Assembly: GCA_030141605.1 (NCBI GenBank)
Contig: JAQGDQ010000348.1
Span: 124,001-188,000 of the forward strand
Direction of reading: 5' to 3'
Length of the DNA: 64,000 nucleotides
DNA from: Tubiluchus corallicola
Lineage: Eukaryota; Animalia; Priapulida
Shown one piece after another: positions 1-14,343 of this stretch. The stretch's first letter is position 1, and every line of letters begins with the position of its first letter. A model generated the notes under the pieces. It had not been told where the DNA came from. It did not search any database and saw only the letters and a program-made list of their open reading frames with translations. Position numbers and translations under genes: made by a program.

Positions 1-168
1 TTGCTTGGGCTGTGAAGCATATCATACTTTCCTCACGCGCTCCGATTCTGTACGAGTATAAAGAAAGAACTAAAGAAAAAAGACTTATTACATTGAATAT
101 TGTCGATAATACTGAGTGAAAACGGGCTGTTGCAGTTCCACAGTACCTATACACTCGAGCCGCTCCTC
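1..168 (+). mobile_element. 3' end of hAT-like MITE family C (truncated by the window edge)
   Basis: Aligns with 50285-50445, ending in ...cgagccgc. Confidence 0.7.
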
Positions 169-684
169 CCACAATGGGAATCGTGATAAACACTGAGCCA
201 AACTAATAACAGTTTCCATCACCAGGTGTGATTACTTTGTTGCCTTGGCAACCAAGACTCGAGAACTTATCAGTTTCGGTCTGAGCCGCATTAATCATCA
301 TCCTATTACGCCTTGAATAGATTACATCAATTTGTTTGACTATCTGTCTGCATCTTTAAGCGTCTCACTTGACTAATTTATTGCTTTTTCAAACAAGTTT
401 TGAAGGTCAAGAAAAGGTGTACCTTAAGTAAGTTTCAGAAAAATCGCCTGAAAAATTATGTTACTTCACCGCAGTTTTATGCGTATATCGTACTCGCGTT
501 GGAAGCAATTTTTGTTTGTTTCATTTATATCTCCCACGACACTGTACGAACCGCACCATTACATATACGTCACAAACGCACAACGTTCTGTAACTGGAAA
601 AGAAAATTATTAATTATTTACACCAATTGTTTATGTTTACACCTATTATGTTTTCACCAATTGGTAAAATGTCGCTGACTCACC

Positions 685-985
685 CTCCAGAGTGCGCCAC
701 TCACTAACCAAAAACGTATTTTTAATTTTATTGACAAGATACAGTAATTTTAAATTTTACTTAGTTAGTGAAGTGTGCGCTGCGCAAGCTCTGATAATTT
801 TTTTAAACTTTACTCAGTGTTATTTAAATTTGTTTCAAACGACCTACCATTAAAATGGCTGCGCCTAACGGTCATTGCGGTGAAAATTTACACGTTTTAT
901 ACTGCTTTACTGCCGACACAAGTCCTGTATGCAAAAGGGCAGTATGCAAGTGTTATAAAATTTCAAGACAAATTTTTTAAGCTCC
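685..985 (+). mobile_element. Dispersed repeat family F (also about 10178-10478 +, 13420-13680 -, 25370-25550 -)
   Basis: Shared core ctccagagtgc..cactaaccaaaaacgtatttttaat..aaaatggctgcgcctaacggtcat. Boundaries approximate, class unassigned. Confidence 0.65.
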
Positions 986-2087
986 ATGTAAGTGTCGGTT
1001 TATAAAGTAAATCTTTTAACAATGAATTTCATTGAGAGGAGAAATGAAAAGGAAAGAAGGATAAAAAAGAAAAAAGACTGAGGGAGCAAAGGGCATAAGA
1101 AAAAGAAGAAAGATGGCATTTTATTTAGCAAATAAAAAAGAACTTTTTGTACACAAACGTTTCTGTTATTTTACTGTTATCACTCAAACTTAGAAAAACA
1201 TAACAAAGATATTTGCAGAAAACTGTCTGTGAAGCATAAATTTACATAAACTACCTCTGAATAGAAATTTTCAGGCGCGGTGGTTGCCGCCATTCACTTG
1301 AAAATTATGACGTCAGTGGGAGACTTCGTGACTTTTCGTAAGCGCGTCCAGGCTTTCCGTAAGCGCGCGCTGCTTAAACTAATTCAAGTTTTTACACAGT
1401 TTACCTAATGTATCACAAAATTATTCTGTATTGTAATATAATATCTACATAAATATATTACAAAATTGTTCCGCAAAAATATTACAAAATCTAATTTTTT
1501 GTAAAAATTTATTATATTTTTGATGAAGATTGGCAGCGCACTGCTTTTCTTCAGGACGAGTGACGTCATTGGAAGAAGAATGGGCATTGAAAATGGGAGC
1601 GCCCAAGCATGAAATGATCGCGACTTAAAAGTGATTTTACTAATTACACGAGGCGCATATTGCAGTTTTATTACTAAATCCTTCTAACATTTCTCGCGAA
1701 CATTGAAAGAAACCTATCCTCCTAGAAGGGTTGACCTTTCCTTTAAAGCGAGCAGATCTCACCAGAGGGATATAATTAAACACATAAATTCAACGTAAAC
1801 TTGTCGTTTTAATGATATCTTCCATTATCTTAGACGTTACATCTTAGACAAAAATTGTGGAAAAGTAATAGAAAACAAACAAGTAATAGAAAGCAAGAAA
1901 AAGCAACAGAAAGCGCTTCTCTCCCCCAAGATTTCTACTGATTCTCTAATCTTTTTCACATTTATTTGTACAGCAGAATTTGCAGCAGGTGCATTTATAT
2001 GCAAATCTCATTGAAGAAGCCATAGTGATAGTGGTTTCGAATAGACACGATTGATTAATTAATTTCACTACTTTTCTTTGGCTTCAA

Positions 2088-2614
2088 AGGAAAACCGGAC
2101 GATTGATTAGACTCAATTTCATTTTAATTTACTGACCTAAATATATATTTTCTTCTTTATAAAAGTTAGCAATTGTTCCTTATATTTGAATAATTACCTT
2201 GGAAAGTTAATTAATGACAGTCGATCACTGCTATCGCCTACATCACAAACGAACCACAGTTTGTGCAATAGAAAGCATTTTCCCTGCGCCTCAAGCACGT
2301 TTGTGTAAGCGAAAATTGCTACAGGACGTCGATGTGATGTCACGAAAATGAGCTCTACGTCACGCTGACGTCACAAACGAACACGACAGTTCATGATCAT
2401 GCTTATCGCGGTACCGCACCTATTTGCCGCCCACGCGAATGCGAGAAAAAAGGCACCATTACCAGTCTTAGTGGATTCACTGAACCGCGCGTAGCTTTGA
2501 AAGTTTAACAAAATTTAACTACCTGAGGTAATTATTATTTAATCTAAGCTTCCGTTTAAAAAAAGCTGTTTTAGTTTTCAATATTCAGTGTCTGCACAAT
2601 CGTCCTGTTCTCCT
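2088..2614 (+). mobile_element. Kolobok/T2-like MITE family A, copy 1
   Basis: AGGAAAACCGGACGATTG ... CAATCGTCCTGTTCTCCT|TTAA. Aligns along its length with 5286-5814. Confidence 0.85.
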
Positions 2615-2663
2615 TTAAGGATTTTCAACTCCTGCCAAGTTTTCGCCCACATGCGTAGGATAA

Positions 2664-3089
2664 CAGGGTTCCCACAGAATTTTAAAATAAATTTCCCTGA
2701 CTTTCCCGTGGCTTTTCCCATCCAAATATTGATTTTCCATGACAAAGATAAGCAGAAATCGCATACATGTTCAAACATTTTTTTGTATGGGCATTCAAAC
2801 ATATATTGATATATAATGTGTCTGCCAATCATTATTTTTGGAACAGAAATTAAAAGTGGGAGCCTGTCATACCAACATTTTATTTGAACACAAATAACTG
2901 AAAAATACGTTACGAAAAATATCGGTTCACGGTGATTATTTTTGAAACCCTTTCCGATTTCCATGACGTTTCGTCTCATTTTCCTTATTTTCCCTGAATT
3001 TTTACCAAATTGTTTTTTTCTTCGACTTTTTCATGACATTCCAGGATAGCCTGTATCTTCAAGGATTTTCTCTGACCGTGGGAACCCTG
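2664..3089. mobile_element. hAT-like MITE
   Basis: Perfect 12-bp TIR CAGGGTTCCCAC...GTGGGAACCCTG and internal tttccctga repeats. No clear TSD. Confidence 0.7.
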
Positions 3090-3272
3090 AGATAGGGTTT
3101 AGTCAGAACTGATTTTATGAACGCCCTGTACGTAACATTGATCGAAGAAGTCTTTCAGACAGACAACAGTTTCGTTTTTGTTGCCGTGGATCGATAACCG
3201 TTCGATGAAGAGAAGCCTTGCGAGATTTCACTCCAGCTAAAATTAGTGGCTAATCCATGCTCTTCAGAGAAG

Positions 3273-4090
3273 CTGAAGTGAACGAGTGAACAAAATGAAC
3301 CAATGACTGGAGTGAACGAGTGAACAAAATGAACCAATGACTGGAGTGAACGAGTGAACAAAGAGAAGCAATGACTGAAGTGAACGAGTGAACAAAATGA
3401 ACCAATGACTGGAGTGAACAAGTGAACAAAATGAACCAATGACTGGTGTGAACGAGTGAACCAATGACTGGAGTGAACGAGTGAACCAATGACTGGAGTG
3501 AACGAGTGAACAAAATGAACCAATGACTGAAGTGAAAGGGGGGAAGAAAAATGAACCAATGACTGAAGTGAACGAGTGAACAAAATGAACCAATGACTGG
3601 AGTGAACGAGTGAACAAAATGAACCAATGACTGGAGTGAACGAGTGAACAAAATGAACCAATGACTGGAGTGAACGAGTGAACAAAATGAACCAATGACT
3701 GGAGTGAACGAGTGAACCAATGACTGAAGTGAACGAGTAAACAAAATGAACCAATGACTGGAGTGAACAAGTGAGCAACATGAACAAATGACTGGAGTGA
3801 ACGAGTGAACCAAAGACTGAAGTGAACCAGTGACTGAAGTGAACGCGTGAATAAAATGAACCAATGACTGGAGTGAACAAAATGAACCAATGACTGCAGT
3901 GAACGAGTGAACCAATGACTGAAGTGAACGAGTGAACCAATGACTGAAGTGAACGAGGGAACAAAATGAACCAATGACTGGAGTGAACGAATGAACAAAA
4001 TAAACCAGTGACTGGTGTAAATGAGCGAACATAATGAACCAATGACTGGAGTGAACGAGTGAACAAAATGAATCAATGACTGGAGTGAAC
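3273..4090. repeat. Minisatellite, 34-bp unit GAGTGAACGAGTGAACAAAATGAACCAATGACTG with 25-bp deletion variants
   Basis: Tandem array read directly. Explains the three overlapping - strand ORFs. Confidence 0.95.
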
Positions 4091-4895
4091 AAACATTCAT
4101 TTATCAACCTAACTGCAAATATACATAAAATTATACGTTAATTACCTCAGTTTTTGTTTAGAAACTACTAATTTAGTAAATCAAACTGGTTAAATTAATT
4201 TATTGTCTCTACATCATTACTCACTAGTGCCGACTGATCATTTAATTTTAACATACTAAAAACATGGCTGACTTGTTAACCTTTTGGCCACCTCACTATC
4301 CTCTCTCCTTTTCTCTTATGACTAGCAAGTAGAGCCTATTTACCTGTATACTGTTCAACTGTTGCTCCCTTACAGACTGGAAGTGGTTACTGTACATTTG
4401 TAAATCGGAGAAAAAATAAATTTCAATTCAATAGACGATTGACTAAAGAGTGGACGAATGGGTGAAGGTGCTACGGTGTTAACGAAGTAACAAATGCATA
4501 TGGATAAAGGACAGCAGATAGACAAACAAGCAACTTTGCTCTGATAAATGAATGAGCAAAGAAAAGAACAAAGAGAGAGAAATGGAAAAAGCAAAAAAGA
4601 TAAATAAAGGAGAGTAAGAAAAAGAAACAAGGGAAAGAAGGAAATAAAAACAAGAAACAAACAAACAAATGAACAGACAAGCAAACAAACATACGTACAA
4701 ATAAACAAAAAGGAAATAAAGAATGGAGGAAATAATTAATGAGAAACGTGGGATAAGGAAGAAGGAAGAAAGAAAGAAGCAAAGGGACAAAAGGGAGAAT
4801 TAATTTAGTGAAAGAAGTAAAGTAATGGCTAAAAAGAAAAAATGAAGAAACGAACGAAAGAAAGAATGGCAATAGGAAAAAGTGTGACGAACAAT

Positions 4896-4985
4896 CAGTT
4901 GTAGTAATTTGCTGAATTCATTGTAACAGCTTACTCCATTCGTTGTAGCAATTTGATGAATTCATTGTAACAGCTTACTCATTTC
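4896..4985. repeat. Short direct duplication (about 44-45 bp x2), preceded by an A/G-rich low-complexity tract (4470-4880)
   Basis: gttgtag(t/c)aatttg(c/a)tgaattcattgtaacagcttactc occurs twice. Confidence 0.8.
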
Positions 4986-5285
4986 ACAACCTATCAGAGC
5001 ACACAGAGTTGAACCTGCTTCATCACATCCCTGGTAAGTCATCTCTGCTATTGTGTCTTTAATCTCTTACACTCGGTGCCTATTCCCCTTAATTTGGTTT
5101 CATACAAGCTCTAATAGACTTGCCTAGACGTGAAATTCTGTGAGGAATGTTTGTACAAAGGTAAATTGAAATGGCTCAGTAATTACCATATTTGATGAAT
5201 TCATTGACGACATTTATGGCATATCGACATGACTTGGCAAGACACTAGAGCACACCAGACTTTATTAGCTGAGCAAATGCATTAA

Positions 5286-5814
5286 AGGAAAACCGGATGA
5301 TTGATTAGACCCAGTCTCGTTTTAATTTACTGTCCAAAATATACATTTTCCTGCCTATAAAAGTTAGCAATTGTTTCTAATATTTGAATAATTACTTTGG
5401 AAAGCAACCGAACACAGCTGTCTCTTACGTCACACACTAACCACAGTTAGTGCAATGGTGGGCATCTTTGCTGCGCATCAAGCACGTTTGCATAAGCGAA
5501 GATTGCTGACGTGTTATCACGAAAATGAGCTCTATGTCACGCTGACATCACAGACGAACACTGCAGTTCATGACCATGCTTATCACGGCACCACGCCTAT
5601 TTGTCAACCACGTAAATGTGACAAAAAAGGCGCCATTGCCAGTCTTAGTGGATTCGTTGTGCCGCGCTTCGCTTTGAAAGTTTAACAACATTTAACTATC
5701 CGGGGTAATTATCATTTAATCTAAGCTTTGATTAAAAAAAGGCTCTTGTAGTTTTCAATATTTTAGAGCATATTTCATTTTGAACTGATGTTTACAAAAT
5801 CATCCGGTTTTCCT
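5286..5814 (+). mobile_element. Kolobok/T2-like MITE family A, copy 2 (intact)
   Basis: TTAA|AGGAAAACCGGATGATT...AATCATCCGGTTTTCCT|TTAA: 17-bp TIR and TTAA TSD. AG..CT termini fit Kolobok rather than piggyBac. Confidence 0.9.
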
Positions 5815-6640
5815 TTAAATATATTGGAGAAGTGAACAGCATGGCTAGAAGGGCAGGAAGAGAGGGGTTTCATGCTCAGTGGCATTTTTGAGAGAAGGAA
5901 AGTCTAATCAACATTGTCTTAACAAGTATGAAGTGCAACAAGACCGTAGTTTTACGTAAACACTCTGTGTGGTTTCTAAAGCAAAAGAAATTTAAGAGAA
6001 TTCCTAACGTTTCGACTACAAAAATTTCTGTAATTATGTATTTGCATGGAAGCCAAAGATGTAATGAAATCGACCTGTAGAAAAGAAAGATACACTGTAG
6101 AACTTCTACTAGATTCTGCAGTCGAAACGCTTGTGACATGTTTTTATCTTTTTAAAGGAAAGGACAAATCGCTCAGTATGTTGGGTTTATTTAACTGTTA
6201 TCAGTTATCAGCTGTCATCATCATCGTCGTTGCCACCACCATTACCACAACACCACCACACTGCTAAGAGCATCATCACTGCCATCGTTACCGCCGTCAT
6301 CACCACTACCGTCGCCGCCACTACCACAGCATCAGAAATCGAACTTCACCACCATCAGAAACAGACACATGTATACAGTAGCTAAACATCAATAAATGAG
6401 CTCCTGCTAAGGTACCTCCTCCTCTAATAAGCTAATTCAGGCACGCGATACTGCTCTGTGAAATCGAACCGTAACATATAGCTGGATTATTGAGGTAGAT
6501 TAGCACTATAAGTACTTAATCTACAGCTAGGAGCAGAAGGTTCAGTAGCTGTTGGTCCGAACGCAGCTGCCAAAGGTGATGACCTCTGCGTCTTAGTAAC
6601 GCTATGCCGATGCACTAACTGGAAGTTTTTGTCTATACGA

Positions 6641-7190
6641 CTGCAAGTAGTGCGATTACACACTTGCGTTGATTTTTTAACTAGCCCCTAGATGGCAGAC
6701 AAATAACTGCCCAGTCACCATAGCAATGTCAACTTTAGCAATGAACATAGCAGTTGCATGTCACAAACACCATGGCAACCTATTGTTTCAGCTAAGCTGT
6801 GGCTTGCTGCTGTGTGAAATTTTATACAATTTTTTTACAAATATCATTAGTGCACAAAAAGTTTATGTCCAGCATTTGCATAAATAACATATTCCGGTTG
6901 GATATTTCATTAGCTATTTGAAGATACTGGCTGTTTTTGCTTAAGTAGGCAAATAATTTAACTACTTGAGAAAAACCCGCAGGTAACCCCATGATAAACG
7001 CTTCATTTACTGAACAAAACAGCATAAAACATTCAATAAATTTACCGAAAACGCACAAAACCAAAGATGATCTTGACACAAAAATGTGAACATTTAAATC
7101 TTAAGACCCCCTCTTAATAGATCTGTTGGTTTTTTCGTTGTGAAATACTCATTGTAGCAAAATTAACGAATATTCTGCAAAAAGTGAAAT
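6641..7190 (+). mobile_element. Dispersed repeat family D, copy 1 (copy 2 at 14344-14893)
   Basis: About 550 bp of colinear identity, from ctgcaagtagtgcgattaca to aaaaagtgaaat. Confidence 0.85.
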
Positions 7191-7368
7191 TTCTTAATGG
7201 CCAGCAAGTTTATCAGGTTTGCAGTCGCTTTTAAAAATTCATTGAACGTGCGACTGCAATTGTTGTAGCAGATCCTATTAAGAGCATTGTAAATTGACAA
7301 AGGAGAAAAGGATGTCAGCAATGCGAAGAGATGTTCAACTTTCTTTCATTAGTTCAAATTTTCGCTGA

Positions 7369-7782
7369 CTTAAAGTCAAAATTCCTACCCTCGTTACGAA
7401 TGTTCGATTTATGTTATTATAAACTTACTTGTAAAACTTGTTTCTTTTGATTTTTTATTGGTTTGTTGTTAGCGGTATTAAATTTGAAAAACCGCCATTT
7501 TTCGTTCCGCGAAACAAATGACGTCATGAGTACAGTCACAAGGTCACTAAAGATCGGTTACCAAAGACGCTTTGTGTACCTCATACGTCATTCTCGCTCA
7601 CTCGCGCCAAAGACGTGAAACATGGCGACCTTTACATCAATACACGCATCCGAAGTTCGTCAGGAAAAGGTAAGTTATTTAGTTTATAAGTTTCTTTTGT
7701 TTAATAATAACTATGGATTCTTTGTGCAATCATATAATGCGTTAAACACTTCAATAACTGTTGTGATTATATCGGCATTTAA
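7369..7782 (+). mobile_element. Dispersed repeat family E (second copy about 29904-30323)
   Basis: Shared gttagcggtattaaattt...ctcgctcactcgcgccaaagacg.gaaacatggcgaccttta...aaaaggtaagttattta. Confidence 0.8.
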
Positions 7783-8286
7783 TGACTGGATGGTTTACTA
7801 AATAAAAAAATGAATAAAATTTGAAAACATAACTGCTGATTCTAAAGAGATATACAACTATCAGAACGCCTGGGCTTTCTGTCCCCCACAGCTGCTTCTC
7901 TTTGGAATTAGGATCATTTTTATTTCATCAGTTCCAATCGTACTCCAATGCATAAATCTCAAAGTTATTACAGCTTTCGGAGCTTGCAAAGATTTCTAAT
8001 TACAGAATTTTAATTCCAATGAGAGGAACTCAAGCGAAAGAAGTCCAATTATTACAAGATGCGCTGAAAGTCTGACTCTAAATCCCTGCCAACCTTGAGA
8101 GCCAGATATGTGGACCGTGTTAAGCCAATAGCTGCTTGTGTATTTTTCCTAGAAGAAATTAATTTAGCTTCACAGAAGATATTTCTGCTTGGTGTAAGCT
8201 CTGAGCTAAACTTCTTACTTAACCCTTAAACAACCGAAATTTAACTGATTTGCAAACGACGCCATTGATCAGGTAGATGAAATTCC

Positions 8287-8535
<249 letters not shown>

Positions 8536-9214
8536 AGTTCACGGAGTCAACTGGTGGTGTAAATATTTTTGTAAATTTAAGCCAATTTAGGATAACATGA
8601 CTCGATTAGATTTTCTGGCAGTCTGTCAATCGCAGCAATTTAGAAACAGCCATCCGAGCTAAAATATAGGCCACTGTTTCTAATTAAATTCTGATCGATT
8701 AATGATCTGGTTTGATTATTCCAAGATAAATGTGATTGTGTATTCTGTCACAATTTTTATACTTGGTTTTCTTTTAAAACGAAATAATAACGATGCAATT
8801 AAACCTGAAATTTCTCAATGAATTATTTAGACCGTCTCGGCGACCACGTGCACAACTACTGTATGAGGATCAAATTTCCAAGACGTGGACCTGCTATAAT
8901 CCAGAAAGACAACAACGCCACCTGTAATAGAGATACAAAAGTAAAAGGAGTACCGCCATAATTAAACTGTGTAAGAAATTTTAAGATGTTTTAAATGAAC
9001 AATCGAAAATATAAACTATTTCAGCTGGTTAGTTTTATTTTAGTCAAGCTGATATATCGAGTAAACCCAAGTATATATAATAAACGCATGTCACGTTTCT
9101 TGTGTTCTTTGATAGCAGCGATAAAGAGCTGCTTAATGAAATTGGCTTCAACCTGAAAGAGGAAGGGGAGGAAGAGGTTGATTAAGAGCAAGCGAAAATA
9201 AGAAAGTAGACGAG

Positions 9215-9484
<270 letters not shown>

Positions 9485-9907
9485 GTGCCTTTGTATTATC
9501 ACATGCTGATGGATAAATACCTTAAAAGCAGCCTGAGTTATTGAGGTTACCTCACAGCGTGTTCATTCCTAAAATAATGCAACCGTATGGATTCTGATCA
9601 AGTACTTCTGGGGGTGTCTTGAATGACGTCCTATACGACACCTTTTTCCTTGAGTCATAATAACAACTGGCTTCTTTTAAATATAATAAACTGTTTATTA
9701 ATAGCATCCAAGCGAGTTTTAATTAAAGCAATTTTCCTCTAGATTTGCCAACGTGTTTTATTACCTGAACATAAATTTTCCTACGCGTGATAAAGTAGAT
9801 CGCAGAAAATCTGAAACGCTATATATTATTACAAGTGATAAAAGCACTAAGCAGTTTAATATCTTCGCCAAAATATATTTTATTTTTTCGCAATAACAGC
9901 AACATTT

Positions 9908-10072
<165 letters not shown>

Positions 10073-10489
10073 AGCATCGACGTCAAAAAACTTTCCATGC
10101 AAATCTGTATCACCAGCTAGAAAGAGTTAAGTAACTAGAAAAGAAAATGATTAGTCATTTAAAATGTTTTCAACAATTCTCCAGAGTGCACTACTCACTA
10201 ACCAAAAACGTATTTTTAATCTTATTGACAAGAAACAGTAATTTAAAATTTTACTCAGTTAGTGACATGTGTGCTACGAATGCTCTGATTATTTTTTCAA
10301 AGTTTACACAATGTTATCTAAACTTGTTTCAAATGACCGGTCATGAAAATGGCTGCGCCTAACGGTCATCGTGGGAGTTTAAATTTACAAGTTTTATACA
10401 TTGTACTGCCTATTGAAGTCCTGTATGTAAAAATGCAGTATATAAGTGATGTAAAATTTCAAGATGAGTTATTTAAGCATTATATATAT

Positions 10490-10918
10490 GGAGGGTTTTC
10501 CTTTGCTTTGAGCCGCGACTCCGTATGCACGTAATGCGTAATCCGTGAAGCGTATTGACTGTCTCCATGCGTTCGTAAACGCTATGCGTATTAACAAAGC
10601 TCATGACGTTCTTTCCGCCAATTTTGGTCGCTATTAAAAATAGATGCACAACACGTAATTACATGCTGCTTCCGCATCTCAAAAACTCAAATAAAAGAAG
10701 TAATGTTTATAGATCCTAAGTTGACCAAAACTCGTCTAACTAGAATTTTCAGAAAGCTAAATGGTCACCGAAAACTCGCTATAATCACTAAGGCAACGGC
10801 GGTTTCCCGACTACGTATTACTGCGTAATGCGTATTCTGACGATAGCGATCACGTCTTATACGCATTCGAATTAATACGCATCACGGATTACGCAGTACG
10901 TACACATGGAAACACTCC
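10490..10918. mobile_element. MITE with long imperfect TIRs (Harbinger-like)
   Basis: GGAGGGTTTTCC..cgtaatgcgtaatccgtgaagcgtatt is inverted by aatacgcatcacggattacgcagtacg..GGAAACACTCC. TAT on both flanks. Confidence 0.7.
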
Positions 10919-11275
10919 TATATGTTTAAATACAAACTGCTGTATACATATTACGTACGTACTTTTATTCTAAATATCTTCATTTAAACTATTGTTCACG
11001 TTGACAGAGAACTATGTATCTGCATCTGCCTAACTTTACCGAACAAATACATGAAAAACGCTGAGAAATATATAAGAAAATTATGCAAGTTTACAGCTTT
11101 GTAGATTACGGTTATGGCTGCAGAACTTCTCGTAAATACGTTTTATGAAAATTAAACAATAATGCGTTCAAGATGGAGTCTTACAGTATAGCTTAAAAGC
11201 TTTAAATGCGTTATGTTCTTTGCTGAAAACTTTATGCCCAGATAATCTAAACCAAACATTACTGTGTAAATTACT

Positions 11276-11889
11276 AGGAGACACGACACAATCTTAAACT
11301 GCATCTGAAAACAATGTACCATATAAAATATCAATAGGAGATGTACTATTTTTTTTCAAAAGTAGCTTACGTGAAAGAATTATTACCACACAAACACAAT
11401 TTCACGTTCGGGCCACTAGTTCTTCGCTGCTACATGCATTTCGCCATTCTGTCGTTAGACGCGCACTAGCGCCTACATTTCGGAAATGCATTGCGCAAAA
11501 AACAGGTGCTGTACCTTTCAGTTCAGATGTATTAGTTTGTGACAAACTGCACACGTTTGACAGCTCATGCGTGAGCGCAACGGTAAATTTAAAATTTCAA
11601 TTTTTATCTTAAAACTTGCCTAGTTTTAATACAACACACTGAATCTTACAGTAGCACTGTACTTCAATTTACGCTTTCACAAACACTTGCAACACGCTCG
11701 TGAAATATTTTTGCTGTTGAAAATTATGTTAGTTTGTGATGTCATCAATAGTTGGGCTCGCCCGCCGTTAATTAAGTTCTTAATCTATTATTTAATTATC
11801 AAAAACGCTTTTGCGGTCTTATTAGTGTTAAAATGTATACTTTTTGTCAGACTGTAATGGTACTATATGAAAAATCATCCTGTTTTCCT
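11276..11889 (-). mobile_element. Kolobok-like MITE family B (reverse of 28896-29417)
   Basis: Colinear reverse-complement match. Terminus atcatcctgttttcct. Confidence 0.8.
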
Positions 11890-12149
11890 GTAAAGGGATT
11901 ATTTATTTAGGTTAATGGGGGAGCGGGAAATGATACAAATCAGCTGGAAATCAGTTGATTGATGAACAACAGGAACAGAACTCATTAATCTGACGTCAGA
12001 TAATGCCTGGGGATTTTCTTAATGACCCAGCAATTGCTTCATCTGACTCCAGTCTTGGTAGTCTTCACAATTATAGATATCCTGCTCCGATTAGGTACAA
12101 TAGTTTTTCCCCTTGATGTTGTTAATTAATTATACCTGCAATTAATTAA

Positions 12150-12660
12150 ATTTTGACACCAACTTGAAAGACAGCAAATGCAACCCAGCCTGCATTTGAC
12201 ACAGAGACTTTCTGCCAACATTGCAGATGCTTCAACCACTAGACCATTGCATTATCTAGTGGTCAAGGCAGTCGGAAGTTCAACCCTAAAGGCTGACCAA
12301 CCAAATCCAGCTTCTCTACTGTTAGATCGCTCACACTCGAGCGATTATAAGTAATTAGAATGCTTAGTAAATTAACTTAATTAAATACTATTCGTAAATT
12401 AATAAGAATTAGTAAATAAATAAACAAAAAATAAGTATTTTTTATTACTTTTGAGTCACAAAATTGCTGTGGTTGATTAATTAATTATTATAATCTTAAA
12501 AGTTGTTATTAATGATGTTCCAAGCCTACAATTACTTAAAATTTGATACTTAAACTTGAAAGACAGGGACATGCAGAAAACTATGATGCAGCCAAGATTT
12601 GAACCAGGGGCCTCTTGCTTACATTCCAGCTATCTTAGCCATCAAGCCACCGCCACTTGA
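12150..12660 (-). mobile_element. Two decayed tRNA-derived (SINE-like) heads in tandem, about 12180-12250 and 12586-12655
   Basis: - strand A boxes TGGTCTAGTGG / GTGGCTTGATGG and B-box-like GTGTCAAATGC / GGTTCAAATCT. On the + strand each is preceded by aacttgaaagacag. Confidence 0.5.
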
Positions 12661-12747
12661 TTCGTGAGCTGTAGGAATTTTTCTGTCTTCCCGAATGCAC
12701 ACATTAATCGGCAGAATAATTATACAACGAACAGCATTTCTGCATAT

Positions 12748-12900
12748 GTACAGCAAGTCCTCGCTTAACGACGCTAATGCGGTTGCAGCAAAATGCGTCG
12801 TTAAGCGAAACGTCGTTAAACGAAGCCAAAGACTTCCATAGAAAGTAAAATAAAAGAATTGAGATACGTTCCAGAGACAAGTTTATATGAGTTTTATTCA
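12748..12900 (+). mobile_element. Tc1/mariner-pogo (Tigger-like) terminal fragment
   Basis: TA|CAGCAAGTCCTCGCTTAACGAC with internal inverted cgtcgttaagcg subrepeats. Only one end seen. Confidence 0.55.
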
Positions 12901-14343
12901 TATTTCTACTGATTAATGCCTTTCTGCTTGCCGGACACCACCTGTATACATTACCTACTAATACCTAGCTTTCTCTTTGGCTACGGTTTAAGCCTAGTCA
13001 GTGGTTGAACAATAAACACTGTTGAGTCAAGCCCTGGGGAGACCTTGGGAATTTTACCTACACACTTAGTCTGGTTGCTATAGCAACCGGTTGCAGGTAA
13101 AATTCTTGCATAAACTTTGCTCCCTGGTAACTTGTAGTTGATACAAACCTCTTAATAATACAGTAGTATCGTCAGAGTCAGTCAGGAAGCAAAAACATGT
13201 ATAACATAATTGCACTGTTTACATTACATGTACTTTATGCATCTGCTTTAAGCGTACATAATCTAGCACTGAGCTAGTAATACTGGCTTATATCATTCAG
13301 TTCACACGTCCATGGTAACTCCATAAGAAATCACTCTTCATAAATAAAGCTTAAAAATTTCAAATTTTGTATCACTTACCAGCCATCTTATTGCATACAA
13401 AGCTTATCCGTTAGCAGTAACACTGTATAAGACTTGCAAATTTAAACTGTAATTGTAAAATGGAGCAGCCATTTTAACGGTGAGTCGTTTGAAACAAGTT
13501 TAGGTAATATTGCGTTTAAAAAATAATCAAAGCATTCGTAGCGCACACTTCACTAACTAAAAGTACAAATTATTTTATATTGTCAATAAGATCAATATTG
13601 TGTTTTTTGTGAATCAGTGGTGCACATTGGCATAGAGATGCAGTGTCTTTTTACTGAATATTTCAAATTATTAAGAATTTTCTTTTTCAATTATATAAGT
13701 CCTTGAAACAGACAAGTGTAATACAAAGTACATAACTTTGTTGTATAGAAATTCTTTCGACTTTTCTTTTTCTTCCTAAACCTTTAACATTCCGATTTTA
13801 TTTCCATGAAAACAGCAGACTTTATAAAAATGCTTTTTTTCTTAATTTATTTTGCTCGTATAGAAATCGGCTAACAAACCGGATTTTAATCCAAATTTTC
13901 TTTAGGTGGTCCGAAAGTGTTAAATTAAAAGTCGCCTGTTCTACCTATTTCAATCGATCTTGCCCAGTCGATTCGGTATTTTGCCAACCTTCCCTATGTG
14001 TAACGTACCATGTATTTTTTATAGCATGATGGATACAGGAGGCGGTATGCAGTTCTGGTATAGATCTACATAGCTTAACACAATAAATTTTTAATAATCT
14101 CGGCCAGGGAAGCCACAGCTGTTGTATTTTACACGCGTTATGTTTTTAGGGTGTTCCAATCGCCATGTTGGCACAACTTTGTAAAATGTATGTCTCTAAG
14201 AGAGAGGGAGTTTCAAGAAGTTTTCTGTAACAATTTGAGCTCGTAGTGATCAAAGAAAACCATGATCTGCTAGATTTGCTTCACTGCCGGACAAGCATTC
14301 CTAACATGTTCTTAATTACGAACAGTTGACAGCATCTACACCA

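Noticed and set aside
3155-4107. Three overlapping ORFs of about 280-300 aa
   Set aside because: Stop-free minisatellite strand with no domain content.
12150-12660. Functional tRNA genes
   Set aside because: A/B boxes are present, but the stems appear disrupted and the two copies share a non-tRNA flank, typical of SINE relics.
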